Positions 9,815 to 19,791 of a stretch of 64,000 nucleotides of DNA are shown piece after piece (within the stretch, counting starts at the first letter, position 1; every line of letters begins with the position of its first letter). A model generated the notes under the pieces. The model did no database searches, was not told the DNA's origin, and worked only from the letters and a program-made list of their open reading frames with translations. Location of the stretch: NCBI GenBank assembly GCA_964430885.1, contig CAYSHM010000007.1:1-64000 (forward strand), read 5' to 3'. Source of the DNA: an uncultured archaeon (lineage in GTDB: Archaea > Thermoplasmatota > Penumbrarchaeia > JASLWR01). The position numbers and the translations under genes are program-made.

Positions 9815-12800
9815 GCCAATCACCCCCTTTGTTATCTTCAGCAGAACCTTCCTCAGCCCAATCCTCCTCCGGTTCCGGCGGGGGCAGAGCAGGCGGATCG
9901 CCCAAACCGTCCTTAAGGGCGCTTTCGTCATATCCGTCAAATTCACCGTGTACATCATCAGTATATTGTTCATCTGCATCATCATCAAATTCAATTTCAT
10001 TATCCTCGAAGAAAACACCGGATATATTTATCTCCGTCTTCTCCCGGGTCCAGACCCTCATGACGTTCTTTCTGGCCTTCATGAGGAACTCTTCCCGGTC
10101 CTCTACACTCTCTCCAGAATCCTTTTCCTTCATCCGCTTGATCTTCTTCTCCCTCTTGGATCTTTGAATTATTGGCATCACAATGCTTAGGACCAGCAGT
10201 ATCAGCAGAATTCCTAAGAGTGTATAGTTGATGACTGTGGGAAGGATCGAGCCAGGAACCTTGACCATGATTGTATCCGATATCGTACCTCCTAGATCAT
10301 CGGTCAATCGAACCTCTATCCTGTGCTCCCCGCCGGTGAGGGTCAGTTCAGCTTCCCCCTCATCGAAATATCCCCAGCTGATACCATCAACCAGAACCTC
10401 GCACCGGACATCAGGTTTATCCCATGTCACCTTCACCGAATCACCCTTCACCTTCTTTTCTTCGGGGGACAGTATGTTAAGCCTGAAAGAGGAATCCAGT
10501 CTGAACAGGAGATCTGAAGTGGCTAGCATTATATCAGCGAGTCCATCTCCGTTGACATCACCCGAGGATAGGATGCTGGCAGCAGGAAGGGGGAAGGTGC
10601 GGAACGGTGTGTAATCCGCGGTCTCAATAAGGAGCATCTCTGTTATGTCCTTGAACTGTCCCTCCACTTGGTAAAGGACCACCAGATCGTCCTTGCCGTC
10701 TCCGGAGAAATCGTCAACAGTGTTAATCATCGAAACAGGCGGAGGATTGTTATCATCCTCTAGTTCCATAGGGGACTTCTGGTAATGATACCGCTCCATC
10801 TCGGTACCGTCCCTCCCTGAAAGCAGTAGTACATCTGTGACCGATGCTACCACAACATCCTTCATGCCGTCATTGTCCATATCATCAATGAAGGTCACAG
10901 GGTGACTGTTCTGGGTGTCCTGCTGTACTCGTCCGAAAAGCCCCTTGTACTCCCATATAAGAGAACCGTCAGTTCCTGAAATCGCCTTTATGGAACTGCC
11001 CAGTTCCCAGTCATCAGACCATTTATCAAAGGCCAGAACATCTCCGAAACCGTCTCCGTTGATGTCCTCGCCGAAAATGCTTGCATCCTTCTCCAAACCA
11101 TAGGTAGCTATGTTATACCGTCCCAGGTCCTTCAGCTCATTAAAGCCCATATCAACATCCGGGTCCAGGTTGACAGGCAGACCAGTGGATGTATCAATGA
11201 TTATCAAACCCTCGCCTGAGGAACCCCAGTATTTCAAGGACAGTTCTTTTACACCGTCGTCATTGATATCACCGGTTTCCATTAGGGTGTTGGCATCGAT
11301 GTTCTCTATGAAGGGGAACATTTGATTAAGGGCGCCTATCCCGCCGTCACCCTCTCCCTCACCCTCATCAGATCCATTCCCACTGCCTAGTGAATCAAGG
11401 AAAGTATCGGGGAAAACCCAGAATGGGTCCTTGGGAGTATAACCATCGGCTGAGATCAGTCCGCATCTGATCCGGTCCCAATCCGTGGTAATAAGGAGAT
11501 GACTGCCGTTGGAGAGAGGGGTGAATATGCTCTGGTGGGCTTCCCGGGACAGAAAATTCACTTCCCTGTAATCTAAGGGATCTTGGCCTCCGTCATCGTC
11601 GTCATCCGGGAGAATGCCTGAACCCTTTATTCCCCAGGTGTAGGAACCGTCTCTGGGGTCAGTAATGACTATGAGGGATTGACCGCCTCCTACCTTCAGA
11701 AGTATCTCATCAGATGCTGTGCTCCCGGGGCCGGAGGAGGTCTCCAGAGTTATCCGGTGTATGCCTGGAGATAGCATGACTTGGATATTATCGGAATTTC
11801 CAAGATGACCGTCCAGGTTCGAGGTCCAGCTGTAAGCCTGGGAATAGGAGAAAGGCGTATAGCAGTAGAGACCGATGTTCTCATCCGATCCGTATATCCT
11901 ACTCAGGTACTCCCTCTTGTTCCTGATATTGGCAATGGCCTTGCCGCCTTGAATGATAATGACAGTTATGTCCCTGGAAGATGTCAGTCCGTATCCGTTG
12001 TCAACTGTTACAGTTATGTTATGAGCCCCTTTTGAAAGAAGTCCGTCAATGTTCTCCCCGTAACCCAGAACACCATCCATATCAGATGTCCAGGTTATGT
12101 TCAGTTTCTCAATTCCCTCGAAACCCTGATTATTGGGATTGGTATTCACCGACAGCTGCATGGACTGACCCTCTCTTCCAGATCTCTCTCCGACCTCCGG
12201 TGAGGTGATCCACAGAAGAGGTTCGGTTTCATAGACCGTCACCTCCCTCCAAACATCTGATGACCCGCCCTGATCATTTTCCGCCTGAATGATCACCCTG
12301 TAATTACCTGCTTCGGTGAAATAATGGTATACGCTCTGGCCGTAAAGGACTGCAGGCGTTGCATTCACATCGATTCCTGTTATAGTATAGCTGATGTTTG
12401 TAAATGAAGCACTCAGTCCCTGATCCGCCGAGGCCCATGAACCCTGGATGTCCATTTGTACCCTATAGCCTCGGGGAAAGGCAAAGCCATTGTAATTGAA
12501 ATTGGGATCGTCGTTCCAGGAATTGAGTGAGAGAACGGGGTTACCCGAACCGTATACGAATATCTCCCTTACCATGCGCTCAACAGTCTGGCCGTCCCTG
12601 GTCAGATCGCAGGAAACGGTATGAAGACCAGAAGACAAAGAGGTCACCACCCAATCACCCTGACCCAGCAATCCGTCCCTGTCGGAGCTGTACGAGAGGT
12701 CGTAAATGTAGGCTGGAATTTGGCGGTAGTTCAGCTCTGCGGAGAAGTTTATCATATCGCCGGAATGAGCGCATGGAAGGTCCCTGAAGTTGGGATCGGT

Positions 12801-15800
12801 ATTGCTCATTATCTTCAATGAAGTGCTCAGTGGATGGGCGGCCCAAAATATCTTCATCTTCTTTTCGAACCAGGTCGAATTACCCCCAGTATCCCTTAAG
12901 GTCAATCTGACATTATAGGTGCCGGGATCGGAATAAAAATGATTTATCGATTCCCCGTAAGCTAAGTAGGATCCGTCGCCGAAATCCCAAGTGTAATTGT
13001 CAATTGTATCAGCCCCGCGGTGGTAACTGGTCCCGGCATTGAAATTGATATCTGACGCAGTGGTAAGATAAAGCTGGGGCGAGAGCTGGAATCGGGGAAT
13101 AGGGCGGCCATTCCCATACACCCTAAAACTGACTGTAATGTTGTGGTAGGTTTGGTTTGTCTCGTTCAATGCAGACAGAGTTGCAGTGTAATTACCTGGA
13201 GAATCAAAGTAATGAAAAGGGGAATGATCATATGATATGTTGCCATCAGAGAATGTCCAGGTCACATTATCCACGCTGACCTGGCCTCTGTTAACATAAT
13301 TGAAGTTGATGTCCTGCTGAACTGCTGAAACGTTATCAGGTGAAAGGACCTCCACCAGAGGTGAACCGGGTCCCCTTACGGTTATGTATCTCTCATGACT
13401 CAGCACCTGACCCATCCCCGCGACGACCCCTTCCAGAACATGCTCACCGGGGGCTATAGGCGGGACCTGGGCATCCTGACCATAGGCTGCAATCTCTCCA
13501 TCGACCATCCAGGTGATGTTCAGTTCATCAACATCTATGTTCCTAGCCTGGGTGTTCACTATAAGGTTCACATCAAGAGGTGAATTGGAAACAATGTCAG
13601 GGAAATTCATGTTCATTCCCGGCAAATCTATATAGGGTATTAGGTCTGGACCTCGGTCTACCTTTACCTTCACAGTATCTGATAGTGTTATACCTGAATG
13701 AGTTGTCGCATACAAAGTGATATTATGTGTTCCTTGACTGAGAAAGGTGTTCATGGAATCAGAAGACTGGGCAACTATCCCATCAAGATCACTCTCCCAC
13801 CAGTAGGTCTGGAAGGAAGCGTTCCGGGAATCCGACCATAGATATATCCTCTCCAAGGTATCCCAGGTAGTTCCTCTGTCCGCTCCCCCTATCAAGCACT
13901 CGAGGTTCAGATCCTCGAAAACCTGAATGGTCCTCTGGGAGGTTGAATTCCGCCCTAACTCGTTGAAGACTGTAAGCGAAACCGTATGAAAGCCTGATGA
14001 ATTGAAATAGAGAAGTTCATTGCTGGAATTCCCTGCTGGCTGACCGTCCACCTCCCATAAATAATCGGTAATAGTATGCTCCTCGGGATTTTCCAGAGCA
14101 GAAGAGGAAGAGGTTGCATCCAGATTCATATGCTCATGAGCCCTGAAAAGGTAGTCGTTAAGCCGAGCCTGGCCGTGAAGATTGATATCAGCAGTCGGAT
14201 CAAGGTGGTTCTCAACATCCACATCCATTGAGATATTGAACAATGAAGAACCACTTGTATTGCCCTGAGGGTACAGTTTGGCAGTAATCCTATGTGTTCC
14301 TGTGCTCAATGAAGCGGTTGTTGGATTCCCCTGGCCTATCATTCCGTCCTGATCAGATTCGAATACCATATCATAATCCATCAGGGGATTTCCCTCATCC
14401 TGTTTATCGTACACGCCCATATTTATCTGGCTGTTCTCTGTCACGTAGGATCCGTGAGACATATATCTAATATCCTGGCCATCGACGTCCATCAGCAGAA
14501 CCAATAAGGGATCCGGTGATGGATGCACCTGAAGCTGAAAGGTATCCTGGAAAACCGATCCCGCGCCCTTCCCACTGTCGTCCCTTGCCGTGAGGGTAAT
14601 GTTGTGAAGGCCTGCTGATAGTACGGTCCAGACATCCATGTCATATGACAGAAAACCCTGCAGATCCGAGATCCAAGTATAGTTATAGTTCATGTCTCCG
14701 TGAGTATAAAGGTGAACCTGCTCACCGACAAGCGCCACATTCGATTCGGAATTAATCTCTGAATAGATGCTACCCTCCTGCACCACGTTCATCTCAATTG
14801 AATGGTTATCCAACTCGGCGGCTCCATCCTTCAGTAATGCCGTTATGGTATGCTTACCGGATGTGAGAACTGTCTCAATCTCCTCACCATTTCCCAGTGC
14901 ACCGTCCCTGGAACTGGACCAGCTGACAGTACCATTCCCTTCATAAAAGGAGCGAAGATAGGTAGTGGGACCCATATACCCGTCTCCGCCACCTCCCCCG
15001 TGTGAATAGGAATATCCTCGTATCCAGACAATCTTGCCAGTAACACCCGAGAGCAGATACAGCTTTGGAGGGATGGATTGGTCATGATACAGGGCCTCTG
15101 ACAGCACCAGAACATCGGGTACGCTGTCGCCGTTCATATCACCCACCGGCTCCACATTGGAAATTCTCTTGAATACCGCATTGCTGTCCCCGTAAAGACC
15201 CAGGGATGGAGTAAGCAGGGAATTAATGAAAGGAGCGGTCAGGTTCTTCTTCCAAATGAAATCACCGCTGGCCGCCGATATGATGAATACCCGTGAGTTC
15301 CTGCTCAGATTGTAAATGCCTAAACCGCCGTAGGAGCTGTGGCCGTTGCCGTCGCCGAACTCCTCCTGAAGGAATCCGCATAGATCATTGATGCCGTCGC
15401 CGTCCACATCATCCATGACCTTTATCCCCTGATAGCTGAACTTCCTGATATCCTCCAGACTGCTGGTAAGTTCCCAAAGTACCTCGCCCGATTCAGATGC
15501 TATGGCGTATATGTCCCTTACCCTTTTTCCGCTGTAGGATATGTAGGTTGTCACCAAAAGGTCCTCAAGCCCCCCTCCGTCAATATCACCCACTGTGGAA
15601 ACCGCCACATCATCTTTTCTGAGCAGATCCCATACGATACTTTGGGTATCGACATCCACTAGAAGTATACCCTGGTTCCCGTAGGTTATCAATAACCGCG
15701 ATATGTTCCCCTCCACAAGGGGGAGTATCCTGGTATGCTCATCGAACTCACCGCTGTTGGCCTCGAAGAAGGGATGACTGAAAAGCGACCCGGAAAAATT

Positions 15801-17087
15801 GCCTCCTATTACATTTATTATTCCCAGTTCCCCGCCGGTCATCACAGCAATATCGTCCAGACCGTCTCCGTTCTGGTCGTTTATTACGAGAAAATCCCCA
15901 ATCCCGGTCAGTGGAAACTGGGGTGTGGATTTCTTCTCTGATATGGCCCTCTTTCCTCTGTTCTCAGACCCGGAGAGCAATGAGAGAGAACCGCTCCCCA
16001 CATCCTCCTGGCCGCTTTCAATGCTCAGAACGCATAGATCCTGGGTTCCGTCCCTATCCATATCCGATACTGTCTTCATCACCACTGAGCCGAAACCGTC
16101 ATCGGTGAACCCTGAACTCTCGGCCTTCTCGCTTTTCTTGAGGTCCTTCACCTCTTCCTTCCACAGGGTCTTGCCCTGAGAACCATCTACCATATAGATC
16201 ATACCCATCTCGCTGGCAATGGCGATTTCGTCAATTCCGTCACCGTTGATATCGTCAACAAGGACTGGATTCCATAGTGATTTAGGCGATGAGAACTTAA
16301 GCTTGGCGAAGGCAAGACGGGCCATGAAATCATAACTGTCCTCAAGGTCGGCTTTCCAGATTATCCTGCCGCTCCCGGAGGAGAACAGCCGGAGCTTTCC
16401 GTCCTGTCCTGCCGAGAGCAGGTCCTTTGTTCCATCACCGTCTATGTCATCAAAGGGATACAGGAACCATACGTCATCTTTCGCACTATGCTTCCATAGA
16501 CGTTCCCCGGTACCCGCATCCAGGCAGTGAACGCTTCTCCATGAGCTGACCATCACTAAATTTCCCTGACCCGTGTCTATCACGATGCTGTCCCATGAGC
16601 GTGTTTCCTGGGGTGCCCAACCCAGATTTGACGTATAAACCCTCTCGCTGGGAGTATAGTCCCATATCTTTGAACCCGTGGCTCCAGAATAGACCGCAAC
16701 ATTGGGTCGCACCTGGTCAGTGGATGTGTATCCCACCTCCTTGTGGTTGTCGCTGTCGACATCAGGTATCACGAATACTGAGGTCACCGCTGAGGAGACT
16801 GAGATTCTCATCCTAACATCACCTGTGTCCATATCCAGCATATACACCCCGGATGTTGTTCCGAAAAGTATCGTATCATCTCCGGCAGGCGATTCCATAT
16901 CCTCAATGAGTATGTCCGTGGTGATATAGCCTGTAAATCCTTTCACGTTCATCCAGAGAAGACCATTCCTGTTCATTAGCTCCTCCTGGGCAGCGGATGC
17001 CGAGGGGGAGGAAGGAGCGGTGGAGAGAGGTATCAATTGCAGAACCATGCATGATAATATCAATATGACCATTAGCTTTCTTTTCAT
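9807..17087 (-). CDS. 2426-aa surface protein: PQQ/FG-GAP beta-propeller repeats, about 12 PKD/Ig-like modules, C-terminal TM and acidic tail
   Basis: Signal peptide; many DxDGDGxxD loops with 'G.TG..IW' blade ends; WDFGDG PKD motif; repeated W.SD.DG.LG.G...LS.G.H.IT; TM near aa 2290-2315. Confidence 0.85.
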   Translation of the reverse strand: MKRKLMVILILSCMVLQLIPLSTAPSSPSASAAQEELMNRNGLLWMNVKGFTGYITTDILIEDMESPAGDDTILFGTTSGVYMLDMDTGDVRMRISVSSAVTSVFVIPDVDSDNHKEVGYTSTDQVRPNVAVYSGATGSKIWDYTPSERVYTSNLGWAPQETRSWDSIVIDTGQGNLVMVSSWRSVHCLDAGTGERLWKHSAKDDVWFLYPFDDIDGDGTKDLLSAGQDGKLRLFSSGSGRIIWKADLEDSYDFMARLAFAKLKFSSPKSLWNPVLVDDINGDGIDEIAIASEMGMIYMVDGSQGKTLWKEEVKDLKKSEKAESSGFTDDGFGSVVMKTVSDMDRDGTQDLCVLSIESGQEDVGSGSLSLLSGSENRGKRAISEKKSTPQFPLTGIGDFLVINDQNGDGLDDIAVMTGGELGIINVIGGNFSGSLFSHPFFEANSGEFDEHTRILPLVEGNISRLLITYGNQGILLVDVDTQSIVWDLLRKDDVAVSTVGDIDGGGLEDLLVTTYISYSGKRVRDIYAIASESGEVLWELTSSLEDIRKFSYQGIKVMDDVDGDGINDLCGFLQEEFGDGNGHSSYGGLGIYNLSRNSRVFIISAASGDFIWKKNLTAPFINSLLTPSLGLYGDSNAVFKRISNVEPVGDMNGDSVPDVLVLSEALYHDQSIPPKLYLLSGVTGKIVWIRGYSYSHGGGGGDGYMGPTTYLRSFYEGNGTVSWSSSRDGALGNGEEIETVLTSGKHTITALLKDGAAELDNHSIEMNVVQEGSIYSEINSESNVALVGEQVHLYTHGDMNYNYTWISDLQGFLSYDMDVWTVLSAGLHNITLTARDDSGKGAGSVFQDTFQLQVHPSPDPLLVLLMDVDGQDIRYMSHGSYVTENSQINMGVYDKQDEGNPLMDYDMVFESDQDGMIGQGNPTTASLSTGTHRITAKLYPQGNTSGSSLFNISMDVDVENHLDPTADINLHGQARLNDYLFRAHEHMNLDATSSSSALENPEEHTITDYLWEVDGQPAGNSSNELLYFNSSGFHTVSLTVFNELGRNSTSQRTIQVFEDLNLECLIGGADRGTTWDTLERIYLWSDSRNASFQTYWWESDLDGIVAQSSDSMNTFLSQGTHNITLYATTHSGITLSDTVKVKVDRGPDLIPYIDLPGMNMNFPDIVSNSPLDVNLIVNTQARNIDVDELNITWMVDGEIAAYGQDAQVPPIAPGEHVLEGVVAGMGQVLSHERYITVRGPGSPLVEVLSPDNVSAVQQDINFNYVNRGQVSVDNVTWTFSDGNISYDHSPFHYFDSPGNYTATLSALNETNQTYHNITVSFRVYGNGRPIPRFQLSPQLYLTTASDINFNAGTSYHRGADTIDNYTWDFGDGSYLAYGESINHFYSDPGTYNVRLTLRDTGGNSTWFEKKMKIFWAAHPLSTSLKIMSNTDPNFRDLPCAHSGDMINFSAELNYRQIPAYIYDLSYSSDRDGLLGQGDWVVTSLSSGLHTVSCDLTRDGQTVERMVREIFVYGSGNPVLSLNSWNDDPNFNYNGFAFPRGYRVQMDIQGSWASADQGLSASFTNISYTITGIDVNATPAVLYGQSVYHYFTEAGNYRVIIQAENDQGGSSDVWREVTVYETEPLLWITSPEVGERSGREGQSMQLSVNTNPNNQGFEGIEKLNITWTSDMDGVLGYGENIDGLLSKGAHNITVTVDNGYGLTSSRDITVIIIQGGKAIANIRNKREYLSRIYGSDENIGLYCYTPFSYSQAYSWTSNLDGHLGNSDNIQVMLSPGIHRITLETSSGPGSTASDEILLKVGGGQSLIVITDPRDGSYTWGIKGSGILPDDDDDGGQDPLDYREVNFLSREAHQSIFTPLSNGSHLLITTDWDRIRCGLISADGYTPKDPFWVFPDTFLDSLGSGNGSDEGEGEGDGGIGALNQMFPFIENIDANTLMETGDINDDGVKELSLKYWGSSGEGLIIIDTSTGLPVNLDPDVDMGFNELKDLGRYNIATYGLEKDASIFGEDINGDGFGDVLAFDKWSDDWELGSSIKAISGTDGSLIWEYKGLFGRVQQDTQNSHPVTFIDDMDNDGMKDVVVASVTDVLLLSGRDGTEMERYHYQKSPMELEDDNNPPPVSMINTVDDFSGDGKDDLVVLYQVEGQFKDITEMLLIETADYTPFRTFPLPAASILSSGDVNGDGLADIMLATSDLLFRLDSSFRLNILSPEEKKVKGDSVKVTWDKPDVRCEVLVDGISWGYFDEGEAELTLTGGEHRIEVRLTDDLGGTISDTIMVKVPGSILPTVINYTLLGILLILLVLSIVMPIIQRSKREKKIKRMKEKDSGESVEDREEFLMKARKNVMRVWTREKTEINISGVFFEDNEIEFDDDADEQYTDDVHGEFDGYDESALKDGLGDPPALPPPEPEEDWAEEGSAEDNKGGDWLD

Positions 17088-17398
17088 AAAAGGGCCTCCA
17101 TATAAGAGAAAAAATTAGGACGGCGGATAATTTATCGTCCAACAATACTTCTGGTAATCACATGTATATCAAAAATTTATATATATGTATCCAAAGAATT
17201 GGCGTTTGAAGTCATAAAGTTTCGGGATTGAAGAAGGAGTTAGCACCGTTGGAACCCATGTTCAAGAGAGAAAAAAAGCCCTGTTTTTATTGAAATATAC
17301 AAGGTCCAAAACCAATTCTTTAATATAGTTGGCCCTCATTTGGAGAGTGCTGTATTGAACAGGGTGCAATTTCATTCGGTTTCATCAGGAGGTTTTTT

Positions 17399-18022
17399 AT
17401 GTCAAAGGTTATAGAAATGGACCATCCGCTTGTCAAACATAAGCTAACCTATGTGAGAAGTATCAGCACTGAATCATGGCACTTCAGGGACCTCATCAAC
17501 GAGATCACTTACCTGATGCTCTATGAATCAACCAGGAACCTTACCACCAGAACAAAAAGGGTCCAGACTCCCTTGGCAATGGCCAAGTGCCAGGTTATGG
17601 AAGAAGAGATAATAGTGGTACCTATACTCAGAGCGGGATTGGGTATGATGGATGGTTTCCTCAGACTTGTCCCCATGGCCAAGGTGGGTTATATCGGTCT
17701 CTACCGGGACGAGGATAGCCTGGAGCCTGTGGAGTATTACTGCAAGGTACCTGACCCATCAGAAGCTACTGTATTTGTGCTTGATCCCATGCTGGCCACT
17801 GGCGGGTCTGTATCCGCAGCCATAACCATGCTGAAGAAACAGGGCGCGAAAAGGATAAAATTCATGTCCATCCTCGCCGCACCCGAAGGGATCAAGGCGC
17901 TCCAGAATAACCACCCAGACGTTAAAATATTCACGGCAAATATCGACAAGCGACTGAACGAGAATGGATATATCATGCCGGGAATAGGAGACTGCGGGGA
18001 CAGGCTCTATTTCACTCCGTGA
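17399..18022 (+). CDS. upp: Uracil phosphoribosyltransferase
   Basis: HPLVKHKL, VPILRAGLGM, DPMLATGGS, YIMPGIGDCGDRLY. AGGAGG RBS. Confidence 0.97.
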   Translation: MSKVIEMDHPLVKHKLTYVRSISTESWHFRDLINEITYLMLYESTRNLTTRTKRVQTPLAMAKCQVMEEEIIVVPILRAGLGMMDGFLRLVPMAKVGYIGLYRDEDSLEPVEYYCKVPDPSEATVFVLDPMLATGGSVSAAITMLKKQGAKRIKFMSILAAPEGIKALQNNHPDVKIFTANIDKRLNENGYIMPGIGDCGDRLYFTP

Positions 18023-18068
18023 TATAGTATTTTCAAAAAGATCGATTCATCGGTAATATCAAAACCCC

Positions 18069-19052
18069 TCAATGCTCCAGCTTCCTTATCTTGCCATCCA
18101 TGACGCACATCTCTCCGCACTCCCGGCAGGTGGAGCATTCGAATTCCAAAGTGGCAAATTTGATATTGTATTTTCGGTCAAGCATTCTCTTGGCCTTTTT
18201 CCGTATCCTTTCGACGTTGAGCATGCTGCCCTTCCGGGTCTGGATGTGTGCCTGGATGGAATGTATGTTGGAACAAAGGGTACGGATATGCACGTTTCTC
18301 GCTTCATCTATACCCTTTATACTCTCCAGGTCCTTCACAACACTGTCGAAGGAAATATCCCTGGGGGCAAAATCCAGAAGAATGTAGAGGGATTCCCTTA
18401 TTATTTTAATGGATGAGATGAGAATTATCAATCCTATTATCACACTCAGAATGGGGTCCATTATAGTCTGGTCGGTAAAATAGATCCAAACCGATGCGGC
18501 GATTACCGCCACCGATGATATGGTGTCGGTCAGCACGTGTAGGTAAGCGCTCCTGACATTTAGATCGTGGCTTCCGTGGAGCTTGAACACTATAATGAGA
18601 TTCACTAAAAGACCAATTACTGCCACCACGAACATATAGATGCCCTTGATGGATTCAGGATCCTGAAATCGTGAATAGGCTTCCCAGAATATCCAGATGC
18701 TTATTATTACAAGAAGAATACCGTTGAGGAAGGCTGCCAGTATCTCAACCCTATGATACCCGAATGTCCGGGTCTTGGAGGGAACCCTCTTTGACAGGTT
18801 GACAGCCATAAGGGTCAAAAGGAGGGCAAACACGTCCCTGAACATGTGCCCTGCATCGGCCAGAAGGGAAAGGGAACCGGAAATATATCCGCCTATCAGC
18901 TCCACAAAGAAGAATATAAGGGTCAGAATGATCCCGAACTTTAGGGAGCCCTCAACCATATGGCCGTGGTTGTGGTGATGTTTGCGGGAATGCACTTGAC
19001 CCTTGTGATGAGAATGATCTTCCGTATCTGAATTATTCTTTTTACCTGGCAT
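18069..19052 (-). CDS. Cation diffusion facilitator (CzcD/ZitB-like)
   Basis: His-rich N-terminus, SLSLLADAGHMFRD, TFGYHRVEILAA, DLNVRSAYLHVLTD; Cys-rich C-terminus. Confidence 0.93.
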   Translation of the reverse strand: MPGKKNNSDTEDHSHHKGQVHSRKHHHNHGHMVEGSLKFGIILTLIFFFVELIGGYISGSLSLLADAGHMFRDVFALLLTLMAVNLSKRVPSKTRTFGYHRVEILAAFLNGILLVIISIWIFWEAYSRFQDPESIKGIYMFVVAVIGLLVNLIIVFKLHGSHDLNVRSAYLHVLTDTISSVAVIAASVWIYFTDQTIMDPILSVIIGLIILISSIKIIRESLYILLDFAPRDISFDSVVKDLESIKGIDEARNVHIRTLCSNIHSIQAHIQTRKGSMLNVERIRKKAKRMLDRKYNIKFATLEFECSTCRECGEMCVMDGKIRKLEH

Positions 19053-19120
19053 AATGTTCCTGAAGAATAGGGTTCTGTTTGTTGATTAAATTTATGTGGA
19101 TTTTATCAAACCCAATAATT

Positions 19121-19624
19121 TTAAAGGTGTTTCTCCATGTAATTGCTCCAGTGACGGAAACCTAGGCTCCTGTAGAACTCATTGGCTGGCGATCCCTTCA
19201 GAACATCGAAGAGTACCTTGGTGCATCCTCTCTCACGGGCCTCGTTCTCAAAGTCGGCCATCATGAACTGGGCCAGCCCCCTTCGGCGGCATTTCGGAAG
19301 CACAAGAATCATTCGCAGATGGGCAATAATGTGATGGGAAGTATGATCGAGATGTATCTCCCATGCGATATAACCAATGGTTCTGGAACGATTACTTTCA
19401 TCATCAGAAGATTCCCTCATCATCTTCATAAAATAATCACGGATATGGAGGTTATCCCGGATATTCCGCTCTATCCTCTTGAAATCATGGTCCCTGCCCT
19501 TATCGATCCAAACCGGGAGAATTGTCTTTTTGTAGAGTTCAATTATCCCGGGAATATCCCCTTCATCGATCTTCCTGAATTCCATATTTCCCATAAGCCC
19601 TTCCTTCAATGCCATACATACCAC
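19121..19624 (-). CDS. GNAT family N-acetyltransferase
   Basis: VLPKCRRRGLA acetyl-CoA motif; ANEFYRSLGF. True start may be a few codons downstream. Confidence 0.85.
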   Translation of the reverse strand: MVCMALKEGLMGNMEFRKIDEGDIPGIIELYKKTILPVWIDKGRDHDFKRIERNIRDNLHIRDYFMKMMRESSDDESNRSRTIGYIAWEIHLDHTSHHIIAHLRMILVLPKCRRRGLAQFMMADFENEARERGCTKVLFDVLKGSPANEFYRSLGFRHWSNYMEKHL

Positions 19625-19791
19625 ATATAATACTAGATAATTTTAAACACAATCTAGACGGGTTATTATTAAATACATTTATTATTTTATTGTTATCCTG
19701 TCCAAGGTACGTAAATGTTATGACATCATCAATACCGAACCAAGAATTTCAATAATTTATGAAAGTAAGTAAATCATCCGGGTGATATTCA

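Noticed and set aside
9815-10018. N-terminal extension of the ABC ATPase given in the ORF track
   Set aside because: It overlaps the giant gene in another frame. A TTG with a strong RBS at 9814 gives a normal ATPase N-terminus.
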